Part shown: in pieces, positions 1-10,318 of the stretch | Numbering within the stretch: position 1 is the stretch's first letter | Layout of the letters: each line of letters starts with the position of its first letter | NCBI GenBank assembly: GCA_017409005.1 | Contig: JAFQTP010000002.1 | Coordinates: forward strand, 478,497 to 542,496 | Reading direction: 5' to 3' | From: Clostridia bacterium | Lineage (GTDB): Bacteria > Bacillota > Clostridia > Christensenellales > UBA1242 | Length of the DNA stretch: 64,000 bases | Translations under genes and position numbers: made by a program | Notes under the pieces: model-generated | The model's input: the letters and a program-made list of their open reading frames with translations, nothing else | What the model was told of the DNA's origin: nothing | The model's database searches: none

Positions 1-461
1 AAATTAAAGCAGGTAACTGCTTAAAACTTAAAGATATGCCTGTTGGCGCAGTTATCCATAACATCGAACTTCAACCTGGCAAAGGCGGACAAATTGTTCG
101 TTCTGCTGGTAACGAAGCAAGACTTATGGCTAAAGAAGGTGCTTATGCAACCATTAAACTTCCTAGTGGCGAAATGAGAATGGTTCCAGCTGAATGCCGT
201 GCAACAATCGGAACAGTTGGTAACACCGAACACGAAATCGTATCACTTGGTAAAGCTGGTCGTGTAAGACACATGGGTGTTAGACCAACCGTTCGTGGTT
301 CTGTTATGAACCCAGTAGATCACCCTCATGGTGGTGGTGAAGGCAAGAGCCCAGTGGGAAGAAAATCACCTCTTACTCCTTGGGGTAAACCTGCACTTGG
401 CATGAAAACAAGAAAACACAAAAAACAAAGCAATAAGCTAATTATTAAGCGTGTTAATTAG
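1..461 (+). CDS. rplB: 50S ribosomal protein L2, C-terminal part (5' end lies outside the window)
   Basis: Frame is open from nt 3 ([30 protein letters not shown]). Carries the L2 signature [17 protein letters not shown]. First gene of a canonical S10/spc order. Confidence 0.95.
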   Translation, partial: IKAGNCLKLKDMPVGAVIHNIELQPGKGGQIVRSAGNEARLMAKEGAYATIKLPSGEMRMVPAECRATIGTVGNTEHEIVSLGKAGRVRHMGVRPTVRGSVMNPVDHPHGGGEGKSPVGRKSPLTPWGKPALGMKTRKHKKQSNKLIIKRVN

Positions 462-470
462 GAGTGAAGT

Positions 471-743
471 ATGAGTAGGTCATTAAAGAAAAAACCTTAC
501 GTAGAAGGTAAATTATATAAACGCGTTGTTGAAATGAACGAAAGCGGTAAAAAACAAGTTATTAAAACTTGGAGCCGTTCTTCAACAATTTATCCTGAAT
601 TTATTGGACATACAATCGCTGTTCACAATGGCTCTAAACACATTCCTGTTTACTGCACAAGTGAAATGATTGGTCATAAATTAGGTGAATTCGCTCCAAC
701 CAGAACCTATAAAGGTCATGGGGCTGATAAAAAAGGTAAATAA
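471..743 (+). CDS. rpsS: 30S ribosomal protein S19
   Basis: 90 aa with the S19 motif [16 protein letters not shown] and [24 protein letters not shown] lies upstream. Position after rplB. Confidence 0.97.
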   Translation: MSRSLKKKPYVEGKLYKRVVEMNESGKKQVIKTWSRSSTIYPEFIGHTIAVHNGSKHIPVYCTSEMIGHKLGEFAPTRTYKGHGADKKGK

Positions 744-753
744 GGAGTAAGTT

Positions 754-1143
754 ATGGCAAAAAGAATTAGAGAAAAAGCCGCTGCTAGAATTGAAAACAA
801 AGATCCTCGTCCTTATGCTACTGCTAAATATGTAAGAATGAGCCCAACAAAGGCTAAACGTGTTATCGATTTAGTTAAAGGCAAACCTTATGCAGAAGCT
901 GTTGCTATGCTAGAACAAACTCCTAGCACTGCAAGTGACGCAGTTATTAAAGTTTTAAATTCTGCTGCTGCAAACGCAGAGCACAACAAAGGCTTAAACA
1001 AAGAAGATTTATTTGTAGCTGAAGGCTACGCTAACCAAGGTCCAACACTAAAACGTGGAATTTGGAGAGGTAGAGGCGGCCACGATATTATACTAAAAAG
1101 GACCTGTCACATCACTATTGTGTTAGACAGCGTTAAGAAGTAG
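754..1143 (+). CDS. rplV: 50S ribosomal protein L22
   Basis: 129 aa. AKYVRMSPTKAKRVIDLVKGK is typical of L22. Lies between S19 and S3. Confidence 0.95.
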   Translation: MAKRIREKAAARIENKDPRPYATAKYVRMSPTKAKRVIDLVKGKPYAEAVAMLEQTPSTASDAVIKVLNSAAANAEHNKGLNKEDLFVAEGYANQGPTLKRGIWRGRGGHDIILKRTCHITIVLDSVKK

Positions 1144-1153
1144 GAGGTTTTCG

Positions 1154-1834
1154 ATGGGTCAAAAAGTTAGTCCTCACGGAATAAGAGTTGGCATTAACAA
1201 AGAATGGAGTTCTTCTTGGATTGCAAATAAGAAAAACTTTTCAACATTCTTAGTAGAAGACCAACAAATCCGTAAATTCATCAACAAAAAATACGCTACA
1301 TGCTCAATTTCTAAAGTTGATATTGAAAGAACAGCTAACCGCGTTGTTGTTGATATCTATACTTCTCGTCCAGGCGTTTTAATTGGAAACAAAGGCGCAG
1401 GCGTTGAAGAACTTAAAAAAGAAGTTTTAAAACTTACAGAAAACAAAAATGTAAGTATTAATATTAAAGAAGTTAAAAAACCAGACTTAGATGCTATGTT
1501 AGTTGCTCAATCAATTTGTGCACAACTTGAAAAACGTGTTGCATTCCGTCGTGCTATGAAACAAGGTATGCAAAAAGTTATGAAAGCTGGCGCTAAAGGT
1601 TGCAAAATCATGATTAGCGGTCGTTTAGATGGTGCTGAAATTGCTAGAAGCGAACATTACCAAGAAGGTATGCTTCCACTTCAAACACTTCGTTCAGATA
1701 TCGACTATGCTAACTGCATTGCTAAAACAACTTATGGTGTTTTAGGTGTTAAAGTTTGGATTTGCAAAGGTGAAATTTTAGGTAAAAAAGCACCTGTTGC
1801 TAAAACCGAAGAAGAACAAGGAGGAAATGCATAA
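1154..1834 (+). CDS. rpsC: 30S ribosomal protein S3
   Basis: 226 aa. [23 protein letters not shown]-terminus and a KH-domain core. SD AGGAGG. Confidence 0.97.
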   Translation: MGQKVSPHGIRVGINKEWSSSWIANKKNFSTFLVEDQQIRKFINKKYATCSISKVDIERTANRVVVDIYTSRPGVLIGNKGAGVEELKKEVLKLTENKNVSINIKEVKKPDLDAMLVAQSICAQLEKRVAFRRAMKQGMQKVMKAGAKGCKIMISGRLDGAEIARSEHYQEGMLPLQTLRSDIDYANCIAKTTYGVLGVKVWICKGEILGKKAPVAKTEEEQGGNA

Positions 1835-2286
1835 TGTTAATGCCAAAAAGAGCTAAACGTAGAAAACAGTTCCGTGGCAGAATGACAGGTAAGGCTACAC
1901 GTGGTAACAAAATCGCTTATGGCGAATACGCTTTAGTTGCTACTGAACCTTGCTGGATGACAGCTAACCAAATTGAAGCTGCCAGAATTGCAATTTCTCG
2001 TTATACAAAACGTGGTGGAAAACTTTGGATCAACGTTTTCCCTCACAAACCAGTAACCAAAAAACCTGCTGAAGTTCGTATGGGTAAAGGTAAAGGTAAT
2101 ACAGAATTTTGGGTTGCTGTTGTTAAACCAGGTAGAGTGCTATTTGAATTAGGCGAAGTATCAGAAGAAATAGCAAGAGAAGCTATGAGACTTGCTGCTT
2201 ATAAACTTCCTTGCAAAACTAAATTCGTTACTAAAGCTGATTTAGAAGTTGCACCTAAAGAAGTAATTGAAGGTGGTGCTGAATAA
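1834..2286 (+). CDS. rplP: 50S ribosomal protein L16
   Basis: 150 aa. [25 protein letters not shown]. Start overlaps the rpsC stop (TAATG coupling). Confidence 0.97.
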   Translation: MLMPKRAKRRKQFRGRMTGKATRGNKIAYGEYALVATEPCWMTANQIEAARIAISRYTKRGGKLWINVFPHKPVTKKPAEVRMGKGKGNTEFWVAVVKPGRVLFELGEVSEEIAREAMRLAAYKLPCKTKFVTKADLEVAPKEVIEGGAE

Positions 2287-2492
2287 TGAAAGCTAAAGAA
2301 TTAAGAGAAATGACCAACGAGGAGCTTAATGCTAAACTAAAAAGTTTAAAACAAGAACTTTTTAACCTTCGTTTTTCACATGCTACAGGTCAATTAACAA
2401 ACCCAATGCAATTAAATAAGTGCAAAAAAGATATTGCTAAAGTTAACACAATACTTACAGAACGTGCACAAAAATCTGAAGGAAAAGCGTAA
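2286..2492 (+). CDS. rpmC: 50S ribosomal protein L29
   Basis: 68 aa. [31 protein letters not shown] overlap with rplP. Confidence 0.95.
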   Translation: MKAKELREMTNEELNAKLKSLKQELFNLRFSHATGQLTNPMQLNKCKKDIAKVNTILTERAQKSEGKA

Positions 2493-2509
2493 GCGTTGGA
2501 GGATTTTAT

Positions 2510-2779
2510 ATGAGTAATGAAAAATTAGAAAGAAACGCTCGTAGAACTCGTATGGGCGTTGTAGTAAGCAATAAAATGGATAAAACTGTTGTTGTTGCTT
2601 GCGTAGAAAATAAAAGACATCCTATCTATGGTAAAGTTTACAAACAAACCACAAAATTTAAAGCTCACGACGAACTTAACGAATGTGGCATTGGTGATAC
2701 TGTAGAAATCATGGAAACTCGCCCACTTAGTAAGGATAAATATTTCAGAGTAATAAGAATTGTTGAGAAAGCGAAATAA
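2510..2779 (+). CDS. rpsQ: 30S ribosomal protein S17
   Basis: 89 aa. [36 protein letters not shown]. Confidence 0.95.
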   Translation: MSNEKLERNARRTRMGVVVSNKMDKTVVVACVENKRHPIYGKVYKQTTKFKAHDELNECGIGDTVEIMETRPLSKDKYFRVIRIVEKAK

Positions 2780-2789
2780 GGAGTAAATT

Positions 2790-3158
2790 ATGGTACAACC
2801 ACAAACAAGATTAAAAGTTGCCGATAATACAGGTGCTAAACAAATTATGTGCATTCGCGTTTTGGGTGGCTCTTTTAGAAGAAGCGGTAACATTGGTGAC
2901 ATAATTGTTGCTTCTGTTAAATCTGCTACTCCTGGTGGAGTTGTTAAAAAAGGCGATGTTGTTAAAGCAGTTATCGTTAGAACAAGCAAAGGCGTTCGTC
3001 GTCCAGATGGTTCTTACGTTAAATTCGATGACAACGCAGCAGTTATCATTGATAACCAAAAACAACCAAAAGGAACCCGTATTTTCGGACCAATCGCAAG
3101 AGAATTAAGAGATAAGGGATACATGAAAATTATTTCCCTTGCTCCAGAAGTGCTATAG
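2790..3158 (+). CDS. rplN: 50S ribosomal protein L14
   Basis: 122 aa. [27 protein letters not shown] is highly conserved in L14. Confidence 0.97.
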   Translation: MVQPQTRLKVADNTGAKQIMCIRVLGGSFRRSGNIGDIIVASVKSATPGGVVKKGDVVKAVIVRTSKGVRRPDGSYVKFDDNAAVIIDNQKQPKGTRIFGPIARELRDKGYMKIISLAPEVL

Positions 3159-3168
3159 GAGGTAAATA

Positions 3169-3669
3169 ATGGCTAATCTACATGTTAAAAAAGGCGATAC
3201 AGTTGTTGTAATTGCTGGTAAAGATAAAGGCAAAACAGGTAAAGTATTAGTTGCTATGCCTTCTGAAAATGCAGTTGTTGTTGAAAAAGTAAACATTATC
3301 AACAAACACAAAAAAGCAAGAAACGCACAAGAAAAAGGTGGCATCATTAAAGCTGAAGGCAAAATTGATGCTTCTAACGTTCAAGTAATTTGCCCAGCTT
3401 GCAAAAAAGCAACCAGAATTGCTAACCAAGTTGTTGATGGCAAAAAAGTTAGAGTTTGCAAAGTGTGTGGTGCTTCATTAGATAAAGCAGTTGCAATTAA
3501 AAAAGCAAACAAAAAAGCTGAAACTAAAGTTGTTGAAGCTACAAAAACAGCTAAAAAAGAAGCAAAACCTGCTACTAAAAAAGCTGCTCCAAAGAAAACT
3601 AGCACAACAGCTAAAACAGCTACAAAAACAACAAAAACCGCAGTAAGAAAAACTGCAGATAAAGGTTAA
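3169..3669 (+). CDS. rplX: 50S ribosomal protein L24 with a CxxC..CxxC insertion and a ~60-aa Lys/Ala/Thr-rich C-terminal tail
   Basis: KOW motif [21 protein letters not shown]. The ~105-aa core is collinear with L24. It is followed by [51 protein letters not shown] in the same frame. Confidence 0.9.
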   Translation: MANLHVKKGDTVVVIAGKDKGKTGKVLVAMPSENAVVVEKVNIINKHKKARNAQEKGGIIKAEGKIDASNVQVICPACKKATRIANQVVDGKKVRVCKVCGASLDKAVAIKKANKKAETKVVEATKTAKKEAKPATKKAAPKKTSTTAKTATKTTKTAVRKTADKG

Positions 3670-3683
3670 GAAGGAGTTTCGTT

Positions 3684-4235
3684 ATGGAAAAAGAAATTAA
3701 CAGATTACATGCACACTATAATCAAAACGTAATTCCTGCATTACAAAAGGAATTAGGTTACACAAACGTTAACGCTGTTCCTAAAATTGAAAAAATTGTT
3801 GTAAACCGTGGTTTAGGTGATTGCAAAGATAACCAACAAGCTTTCAACAAAGCTGTTGACGAACTTGCTGCAATTACAGGTCAAAAACCAATTGTTACAA
3901 CTTCTAAAAAATCTATTGCAAACTTTAAACTACGTGAAGGCATGAAAGTTGGTGCAAAAGTTACACTTCGCGGTGAAATCATGTACGAATTTTTAGATAA
4001 ATTAATTTCAATTGCACTTCCACGCGTTAGAGATTTCCAAGGAATTAACCCTAATGCTTTCGATGGCAAAGGAAACTATTCTTTAGGATTAACCGAGCAA
4101 TTAGTATTCCCAGAAATCAGCTTTGAAAAAATTGACAAAGTTAGAGGAATGGATATTGTAATAGTTACAACAGCAAAAACCGATAAGGAAGCCAAAGCTT
4201 TACTTGAAAAAATTGGCTTACCATTCAAGGCATAG
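3684..4235 (+). CDS. rplE: 50S ribosomal protein L5
   Basis: 183 aa. [19 protein letters not shown] and [10 protein letters not shown] motifs. Position after L24. Confidence 0.97.
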   Translation: MEKEINRLHAHYNQNVIPALQKELGYTNVNAVPKIEKIVVNRGLGDCKDNQQAFNKAVDELAAITGQKPIVTTSKKSIANFKLREGMKVGAKVTLRGEIMYEFLDKLISIALPRVRDFQGINPNAFDGKGNYSLGLTEQLVFPEISFEKIDKVRGMDIVIVTTAKTDKEAKALLEKIGLPFKA

Positions 4236-4252
4236 GTTGTTGGGAGGATAAT

Positions 4253-4438
4253 ATGGCAAGAAAAGCGTTAAAAGAAAAACAAAGTAAAACTCAAAAATAT
4301 TCAACCAGAGAATACACTCGTTGCAAACTTTGCGGCAGACCACATTCTGTTTTAAGAAAATATGGTATTTGCAGAATTTGCTTCAGAGAATTAGCTTATA
4401 AAGGCGAAATTCCTGGCGTGAAAAAGAGTAGTTGGTAA
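4253..4438 (+). CDS. rpsN: 30S ribosomal protein S14, type Z (zinc-binding short form)
   Basis: 61 aa. [20 protein letters not shown] gives a CxxC..CxxC arrangement. Lies between L5 and S8. Confidence 0.95.
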   Translation: MARKALKEKQSKTQKYSTREYTRCKLCGRPHSVLRKYGICRICFRELAYKGEIPGVKKSSW

Positions 4439-4450
4439 GAGGAGGTTATT

Positions 4451-4846
4451 ATGATTACAACAGATCCAATCGCAGATATGCTTACACGTATGCGTAATGC
4501 TTTAACAGTTAAACATAAAACCGTTTCTGTTCCAGCTAGCAAAATGAAAGTAGCAATCGCTGAAGTACTTAAAAATGAAGGTTACATTAATGACTATTCA
4601 GTAACAGAAGGCGCTAAAGCAAACATTGTTATTGATTTAAAATATGGTCCAAACAACCAAAAAGTTATTAATGGCTTAAGAAGAATTTCTAAACCTGGTC
4701 TAAGAATTTATGCTAGTTACGAAGACCTACCAAAAGTTTTAAATGGTCTTGGTATTGCAATTGTTTCTACAAGCAAAGGTTTATTAACAGATAAGCAAGC
4801 TCGCGAACAAAAAATCGGTGGCGAAGTACTTGCTTACGTTTGGTAA
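4451..4846 (+). CDS. rpsH: 30S ribosomal protein S8
   Basis: 131 aa. [14 protein letters not shown]-terminus and [10 protein letters not shown]-terminus. Confidence 0.97.
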   Translation: MITTDPIADMLTRMRNALTVKHKTVSVPASKMKVAIAEVLKNEGYINDYSVTEGAKANIVIDLKYGPNNQKVINGLRRISKPGLRIYASYEDLPKVLNGLGIAIVSTSKGLLTDKQAREQKIGGEVLAYVW

Positions 4847-4861
4847 GGAGGAATTTACAAT

Positions 4862-5398
4862 ATGTCAAGAATTGGTAAACGTCCTATCACAATTCCAAGT
4901 GGTGTTGAAGTTAAAGTAGATAACACATTGGTAACAGTTAAAGGACCTAAAGGAACTCTATCTCAAAATATTGGTAAAAACCTTACTCTTAACATTGAAG
5001 GCAATGTTTTAAACATTGTTAATAACGGAAAAGAAAAAGATTCTAATGCTAAATATGGCTTATATCGTCAATTAATCAACAACATGGTTGTTGGTGTATC
5101 TGAAGGTTATAAGAAAACATTAACCATTAACGGTGTTGGTTACAAAGCTGTTATGAAAGGTAACGATGTTGAACTTGGCTTAGGATATTCTCATCCAATT
5201 TTAGTTAAAGCAGAAGAAGGTATTACCTTATCTTGCGATAAAAACTCTGTTACCGTTAGCGGTATCAATAAAGAACAAGTTGGACAATTTGCTGCGCGTA
5301 TCCGTGCGTTAAGGCCAGTTGAACCATATCATGCTTATGGTGTTTATTACTCCGACGAAGTTGTAAGACGCAAAGAAATTAAGAGCGGTAAGAAGTAA
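4862..5398 (+). CDS. rplF: 50S ribosomal protein L6
   Basis: 178 aa. MSRIGKRPITIPSGVEVKV and PYHAYGVYYSDEVVRRKEIKSGK. Confidence 0.97.
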   Translation: MSRIGKRPITIPSGVEVKVDNTLVTVKGPKGTLSQNIGKNLTLNIEGNVLNIVNNGKEKDSNAKYGLYRQLINNMVVGVSEGYKKTLTINGVGYKAVMKGNDVELGLGYSHPILVKAEEGITLSCDKNSVTVSGINKEQVGQFAARIRALRPVEPYHAYGVYYSDEVVRRKEIKSGKK

Positions 5399-5410
5399 GA
5401 GGTATAAGTT

Positions 5411-5779
5411 ATGATTAATAAAAGTAATAAAAACGAACTTAGAAAAAAACGTAGCTTGCGTGTTAGAAAAAATATTCACGGAACAGAAGCACGCCCAAGA
5501 CTTAGCGTTTACAGAAGTTTAAATCACATCTATGCACAAGTTATTAACGACGACAATGGCACAACCATTGCAAGTGCATCAACTGTTCAAAAAGATGTTG
5601 TTAAACTAATTGAAGGAAAAACTAAAAAAGAAGCTGCTTTTATTGTTGGCGAAGTTGTTGCTAAAGCTGCTATCAAAAAAGGTGTTAAAGCTGTTGTGTT
5701 CGACAGAGCAGGTTACCTTTACACCGGTCGTGTTAGCGAATTAGCTGAAGGCGCTAGAAAAGCTGGCTTAGAGTTTTAG
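5411..5779 (+). CDS. rplR: 50S ribosomal protein L18
   Basis: 122 aa. [25 protein letters not shown] and [12 protein letters not shown]. Confidence 0.96.
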   Translation: MINKSNKNELRKKRSLRVRKNIHGTEARPRLSVYRSLNHIYAQVINDDNGTTIASASTVQKDVVKLIEGKTKKEAAFIVGEVVAKAAIKKGVKAVVFDRAGYLYTGRVSELAEGARKAGLEF

Positions 5780-5791
5780 GAGAGGTGTGTT

Positions 5792-6331
5792 ATGCAAAAT
5801 ACAGAAAAGAAAGATAGAAAACCAAATCCACGCCGTCAACCTAAAGTTGTTGAAAACGATGGCATCGACAAAAAGCTTGTTAATGTTAACCGTGTAACAA
5901 AGGTTGTTAAGGGTGGTAGAACAATGCGTTTTGCAGCACTAGTTGTTGTTGGCGATAAAAATGGTAAAGTTGGTATTGGCACTGGTAAAGCTGCCGAAGT
6001 TCCAAATGCTATTGAAAAAGCAACAGCTCGCGCTAAAAAAGACATGGTTAAAATTGCTTTAGAAGGAACATCAATTCCTCATGAAGTAATTGGTGTTTTT
6101 GGTAAATGTAGAGTAGTTTTACTTCCTGCTAAGGAAGGTAATGGTGTTATTGCTGGTGGTTCAGTACGTCCAGTTGTTGAACTTTGCGGAATTAAAGATA
6201 TTACTGCTAAAATTTATGGTTCAAGAAACAAAATTAACTGCGTAAGAGCAACTTTAAATGGTTTAATGCAACTTCGTTCTAAAGAAGAAATTGCAGCACT
6301 TCGCGGTAAAACTGTAGAAGAAATTTTATAG
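5792..6331 (+). CDS. rpsE: 30S ribosomal protein S5
   Basis: 179 aa. [36 protein letters not shown]. Confidence 0.97.
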   Translation: MQNTEKKDRKPNPRRQPKVVENDGIDKKLVNVNRVTKVVKGGRTMRFAALVVVGDKNGKVGIGTGKAAEVPNAIEKATARAKKDMVKIALEGTSIPHEVIGVFGKCRVVLLPAKEGNGVIAGGSVRPVVELCGIKDITAKIYGSRNKINCVRATLNGLMQLRSKEEIAALRGKTVEEIL

Positions 6332-6343
6332 GAGTAATTTACA

Positions 6344-6727
6344 ATGGCTGAAACAAAAACAACTAAAAAAGTAGCAGCAGAAAAAACAACAGCTGCTAAA
6401 AAGACTACTACAACTAAAAAAGCAACTACTACAACTGCAGCTAAAAAAGCTACAGCTACTAAAACTACAACAACAAAAACAACAAAACCAGCAGAAGTTA
6501 AAGCTGCTGAAGTAAAAAGCACACCAAAAACAGCTGCTAAAGCTGCTAAAAAATCATTAAGAGTTACCTTGATTAGAAGCACAATTGGTTGCAAACCTAA
6601 TCAAGTTAAAACAGTTAAGGCCCTAGGGCTTAAAAAAGTAAATTCTCACAGCGACTTGGTGGATAACGCTGCTGTTCGTGGCATGATTTTCACAGTTAAA
6701 CACCTAGTTAAAGTTGAAGAAATTTAG
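6344..6727 (+). CDS. rpmD: 50S ribosomal protein L30 with a ~70-aa Lys/Thr/Ala-rich N-terminal extension
   Basis: The C-terminal 56 aa ([34 protein letters not shown]...[10 protein letters not shown]) form the L30 core. The only SD-preceded start (AGGAG, 8 nt) is ATG 6344. There is no internal start codon before the core. Confidence 0.85.
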   Translation: MAETKTTKKVAAEKTTAAKKTTTTKKATTTTAAKKATATKTTTTKTTKPAEVKAAEVKSTPKTAAKAAKKSLRVTLIRSTIGCKPNQVKTVKALGLKKVNSHSDLVDNAAVRGMIFTVKHLVKVEEI

Positions 6728-6737
6728 GAGGAATATT

Positions 6738-7184
6738 ATGAAACTAAATCAAATGTCTCCTGCTCTAAATTCTACACAAAGCAAAAAAAGACTTGGTCGT
6801 GGAATCGGTTCTGGGCTTGGTAAAACCAGCGGAAAAGGTCATAAAGGACAAAACGCTAGAAGTGGCGGTGGAGTTAGACCTGGGTTTGAAGGTGGTCAAA
6901 TGCCACTTATCCGTCGTCTTCCAAAAAGAGGCTTTAATAATAAACAATTCGCAGCAGAATATACAATTATTAATGTTAGCGACTTAAACAAATTTGAAGA
7001 TAAAACTGTGGTAACAGCAGAATTACTACAAGAAAAAAATATTATTAAAAAACTTGCCCCTTATGGATTAAAAGTATTAGGAAATGGAAAATTGGAAAAA
7101 GCTTTAACAGTTAAAGCTAACAAATTTACCGAATCTGCTATACAAAAAATCACTAAGGCTGGTGGAAAAGCTGAGGTTCTATAA
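6738..7184 (+). CDS. rplO: 50S ribosomal protein L15
   Basis: ATG 6738 is preferred over TTG 6714 because the AGGAGG SD sits 7 nt upstream. [40 protein letters not shown] is typical of L15. Confidence 0.95.
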   Translation: MKLNQMSPALNSTQSKKRLGRGIGSGLGKTSGKGHKGQNARSGGGVRPGFEGGQMPLIRRLPKRGFNNKQFAAEYTIINVSDLNKFEDKTVVTAELLQEKNIIKKLAPYGLKVLGNGKLEKALTVKANKFTESAIQKITKAGGKAEVL

Positions 7185-8476
7185 TGTTTAAAACCATAGT
7201 AAACGCCTTTAAGGTTAAAGAAATTAGAAATAAAATACTTATAACTTTGGCACTTTTACTAGTTTATAGAATTGGCTGTTGGCTTCCTGTTCCTGGTTTG
7301 GTACTTTCAAAATTTACCGAAGCAGTTGGAGGTCAAGATTTCTTAACCTTAATTAGTTCTATTAGTGGTGGAGCGCTTTCTCAAGGCGCAATCTTAGCAT
7401 TAGGTATTTCGCCTTATATTAGTGCTTCCATCATAATTCAACTTTTAACAATTGCCATCCCAGCATTAGAAAGACTTTCTAAGCAAGGAGAGGAAGGTAG
7501 AAAACGCATTGGTTTCTACACAAAAATTGCTGCATTAGTTTTAGCTATTGCTCAAGCAGTTGCAATTGTTATTTCTTATAAAGATTGTTTAAACACACAT
7601 ATGTTTGGTTACGAATCTCCAACTTGGGTAATCGGAATGTTAGTAGCAATTATTTTAATTGCAGGCTCAATGTTCACTTACTGGTTAGGCGAAAAAATTA
7701 CCGAACTAGGTGTTAGCAACGGTCTATCATTATTAATTTTTGTTGGTATTTTATCAACAGCAGGCTCATCTATTTTCTCAAATATTGCTGGAATTTTTGA
7801 AGGTTCATATTCAAACATTATTGATTTAATTGTGTTTATTGTTGCACTTATCTTAATTTTTGGCTTTATTGTGTTTATGGATTTAGCCGAAAGAAAAATC
7901 CCTGTTCAGTATGCTAAGCAAATTAAAGGCAGAAAAATGTATGGTGGACAAAGCACCTTCATTCCAATTAGAGTTAACTCTACTGGTGTTATGCCAATTA
8001 TTTTTGCAATGAGCTTACTAACATTCCCTCAATTACTTATGAGCATTTTCTGGCCACAAAGCAGTGCATATGCATGGTATTCTCAATGGTTAGGTGCTGG
8101 TAGTTGGGTTTATATTGTAGCTGTTGGCTTACTAATTCTATTCTTTGCATATTTCTGGACACAAGTAACATTTAATCCAGACGACATTGCAAGACAAATC
8201 CAACAAAATGGTGGGTTTATTCCAACCGTTCGTGCTGGAAAACCAACTGCAGATTATTTAAGAAGAATTTCTAATAGAATTACGTTATTTGGTGCTATCT
8301 TCCTTGCAATTATTGCAATTATTCCAAGTTTAATTTTTAAAGGAATTGGAAGTGGTGGACTTGTTAACGCATTCAGCGCAACAGGTTTACTAATTGTTGT
8401 TTCGGTTGCAATTGAAATCAATAAACAACTAGAAGCACAAATGCTAATGCGTAATTATAAAGGATTTTTAAAATAA
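7184..8476 (+). CDS. secY: preprotein translocase subunit SecY
   Basis: 430 aa with 10 predicted TM segments. GISPYISASIIIQLL and FIPTVRAGKPTADYL motifs. TAATG overlap with rplO. Confidence 0.97.
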   Translation: MFKTIVNAFKVKEIRNKILITLALLLVYRIGCWLPVPGLVLSKFTEAVGGQDFLTLISSISGGALSQGAILALGISPYISASIIIQLLTIAIPALERLSKQGEEGRKRIGFYTKIAALVLAIAQAVAIVISYKDCLNTHMFGYESPTWVIGMLVAIILIAGSMFTYWLGEKITELGVSNGLSLLIFVGILSTAGSSIFSNIAGIFEGSYSNIIDLIVFIVALILIFGFIVFMDLAERKIPVQYAKQIKGRKMYGGQSTFIPIRVNSTGVMPIIFAMSLLTFPQLLMSIFWPQSSAYAWYSQWLGAGSWVYIVAVGLLILFFAYFWTQVTFNPDDIARQIQQNGGFIPTVRAGKPTADYLRRISNRITLFGAIFLAIIAIIPSLIFKGIGSGGLVNAFSATGLLIVVSVAIEINKQLEAQMLMRNYKGFLK

Positions 8477-8490
8477 AATAGTTACCTCAT

Positions 8491-8521
8491 TCAACTCGCT
8501 TAAAGTTTTTAAGTGAGTTGA
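8491..8521 (+). other. 13-bp stem-loop between secY and adk (no T-tract)
   Basis: TCAACTCGCTTAA-AGTTT-TTAAGTGAGTTGA with one G-U pair. It is followed directly by the adk SD region. Confidence 0.4.
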
Positions 8522-8560
8522 GGGAGATTAACTTTAAAATTTTAATAAATAGGAGATTTT

Positions 8561-9178
8561 ATGAAACTACTTCTTGTTGGTCCGGTTGGCAGTGGTAAAG
8601 GTACACAAGCTGCAATCATTAGTAAAAAATATGGAATTCCACACATTTCCACAGGTGAAATTTTTAGACAACACATGCAAAATAAAACCGAATTAGGTTT
8701 AAAAGCTCAAGAATATATTAATGCTGGTTATTTAGTTCCAGAAGAAATTACATTTGGTATTGTTAAAGATAGATTATCTCAACCCGATTGTAAAAATGGA
8801 TTTATTCTAGATGGATATCCTAGAACAATGGAACAAGCACATAACCTTGAAAAAATTACCGATTTAGATAAAGTTATTTTAATCCATTTATCTGAAGAAG
8901 AAATTATTCATCGTTTAAGTAGCCGCAGAATGTGCAGTGTTTGTAATCAACCATCTAGTTTAGAATGGCTAAAAGATGGAAAGTGTGAAAAATGTGGTGG
9001 CGAGGTTTATGTTCGTAACGACGATAAACCAGAAGTTATTAAAACTAGATTAGAAACAAACAGAGTTTCTGAAGAACTTATAAACTTTTACAAAAACAAA
9101 GGCATTTTCTATAAAATTAATGCTACTAACGAAGTTGAAAAAACATTTGCTTTGTTAGAATCATTGTTAAATGAGTAG
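8561..9178 (+). CDS. adk: adenylate kinase (zinc-lid form)
   Basis: P-loop GPVGSGKGT. Lid CSVCNQ...CEKCGG. LDGYPRT motif. Confidence 0.95.
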   Translation: MKLLLVGPVGSGKGTQAAIISKKYGIPHISTGEIFRQHMQNKTELGLKAQEYINAGYLVPEEITFGIVKDRLSQPDCKNGFILDGYPRTMEQAHNLEKITDLDKVILIHLSEEEIIHRLSSRRMCSVCNQPSSLEWLKDGKCEKCGGEVYVRNDDKPEVIKTRLETNRVSEELINFYKNKGIFYKINATNEVEKTFALLESLLNE

Positions 9179-9187
9179 AAGGACAAT

Positions 9188-9934
9188 ATGATTAAAATTA
9201 AAACTGATGCAGAACTTGAATTACAACGAGTTGCCTGCAAAATTACCAAAGATACGCTTTCAGAAGTTGAAAAACACATTAAACCTGGCGTATCAACCAA
9301 ACAACTAGATAAAATAGCCTATGATTATATAGTAAGTTTAGGCGCTAAACCATCATTTAAAAACTATCAAGGTTTCCCTGCAACAATTTGTGCTTCAATT
9401 AACGAACAAGTTGTTCATGGAATTCCAAATAAAAACACCATTCTAAAAGAAGGTGATATAATTAGTATTGATGTGGGCGCTTGTTATAAAGGTTTTCATG
9501 GCGATGCGGCTAGAACTTTTCCGGTAGGAAAAATTGTCGCAAAGAAAAAGAAACTTATAAAAGTTACCAAAGAAAGTTTTTTTGAAGGTATAAAAAATAT
9601 CCGTGCTGGCAACTTTGTTGGCGATATATCACATCAAGTTCAAACTTATGTTGAAAAAAACGGATTTACAATTGTTCGTGAATTAACAGGCCATGGAGTT
9701 GGCGTACATTTACACGAAGACCCATCTGTTCCAAACTATGGAAAGGCTGGCTCGGGTGCAAAGTTAGTTAAAAACATGGTTATTGCAATTGAACCTATGG
9801 TTAACATGGGTGAACGCTATATCTACTTCGAATCCGATGGTTGGACATGCGTTACACGCGACGGTTTACCTTCAGCACATTACGAAAACACTGTTTTAAT
9901 TACCGAAGATGGTGTTGAAATTTTAACCTTATAG
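9188..9934 (+). CDS. map: type I methionine aminopeptidase
   Basis: 248 aa. VVHGIPN, DVGACYKGFHGDAARTF, GHGVGVHLHEDP and IEPM metal-ligand motifs. Confidence 0.96.
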   Translation: MIKIKTDAELELQRVACKITKDTLSEVEKHIKPGVSTKQLDKIAYDYIVSLGAKPSFKNYQGFPATICASINEQVVHGIPNKNTILKEGDIISIDVGACYKGFHGDAARTFPVGKIVAKKKKLIKVTKESFFEGIKNIRAGNFVGDISHQVQTYVEKNGFTIVRELTGHGVGVHLHEDPSVPNYGKAGSGAKLVKNMVIAIEPMVNMGERYIYFESDGWTCVTRDGLPSAHYENTVLITEDGVEILTL

Positions 9935-9964
9935 CTTTATAATAGAATATGGAGGAAAAAGTTA

Positions 9965-10192
9965 GTGTCAAAATCTGACGTAATTGAAATTGAAGGAGAG
10001 ATTGTTGAAGTTTTAAGAAACGCAGTGTTTAAAGTAAAACTATCTAATGGTTTTATTATTACTGCATACTTAAGCGGAAAACTACATCTTAACAATATTA
10101 GAATTTTGGTTGGTGACCAAGTTAAAGTTGAAATGTCGCCATACGACCTAACAAAGGGCCGAATTGTTTGGCGTTTAAAAACTAAAAATTAG
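9965..10192 (+). CDS. infA: translation initiation factor IF-1
   Basis: 75 aa with a GTG start 9 nt after GGAGG. S1-like fold: [20 protein letters not shown]...[33 protein letters not shown]. Confidence 0.95.
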   Translation: MSKSDVIEIEGEIVEVLRNAVFKVKLSNGFIITAYLSGKLHLNNIRILVGDQVKVEMSPYDLTKGRIVWRLKTKN

Positions 10193-10201
10193 GAGGAAAT
10201 C

Positions 10202-10318
10202 ATGAAAGTAAGACCATCTGTTAAAAAAATGTGTGATAGTTGCAAAGTTATTAAAAGAAACGGAAAAGTTATGGTTATTTGCTCAAAATATCCAAAACAT
10301 AAACAAGTTCAAGGCTAA
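10202..10318 (+). CDS. rpmJ: 50S ribosomal protein L36 (zinc form)
   Basis: Not in the ORF track (38 aa). My translation is [46 protein letters not shown] lies upstream. Canonical position after infA. Confidence 0.93.
   Translation: MKVRPSVKKMCDSCKVIKRNGKVMVICSKYPKHKQVQG

Noticed and set aside
21-233. 70-aa ORF antisense to rplB.
   Set aside because: It lies fully inside a highly conserved ribosomal gene on the opposite strand, has no SD, and its composition is an artefact of the reverse complement.
2525-3108. ORFs 2525-2989 (-), 2811-3065 (-) and 2905-3108 (+) overlapping rpsQ and rplN.
   Set aside because: These are shadow ORFs within or antisense to conserved r-protein genes. They have no ribosome-binding sites, and their products are low-complexity.
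3153-3605. Three minus-strand ORFs antisense to rplX.
   Set aside because: They are generated by the A-rich, stop-poor Lys/Ala/Thr tail region of rplX read backwards. There is no independent support.
6214-6594. 126-aa hydrophobic ORF antisense to rpsE and rpmD.
   Set aside because: It is the reverse complement of the K/T/A-rich L30 extension, which gives V/F/A-rich pseudo-TM sequence. There are no start signals.
6765-6987. ORFs 6765-6947 (-) and 6793-6987 (+) inside rplO.
   Set aside because: They are alternative-frame or antisense ORFs inside a conserved gene.
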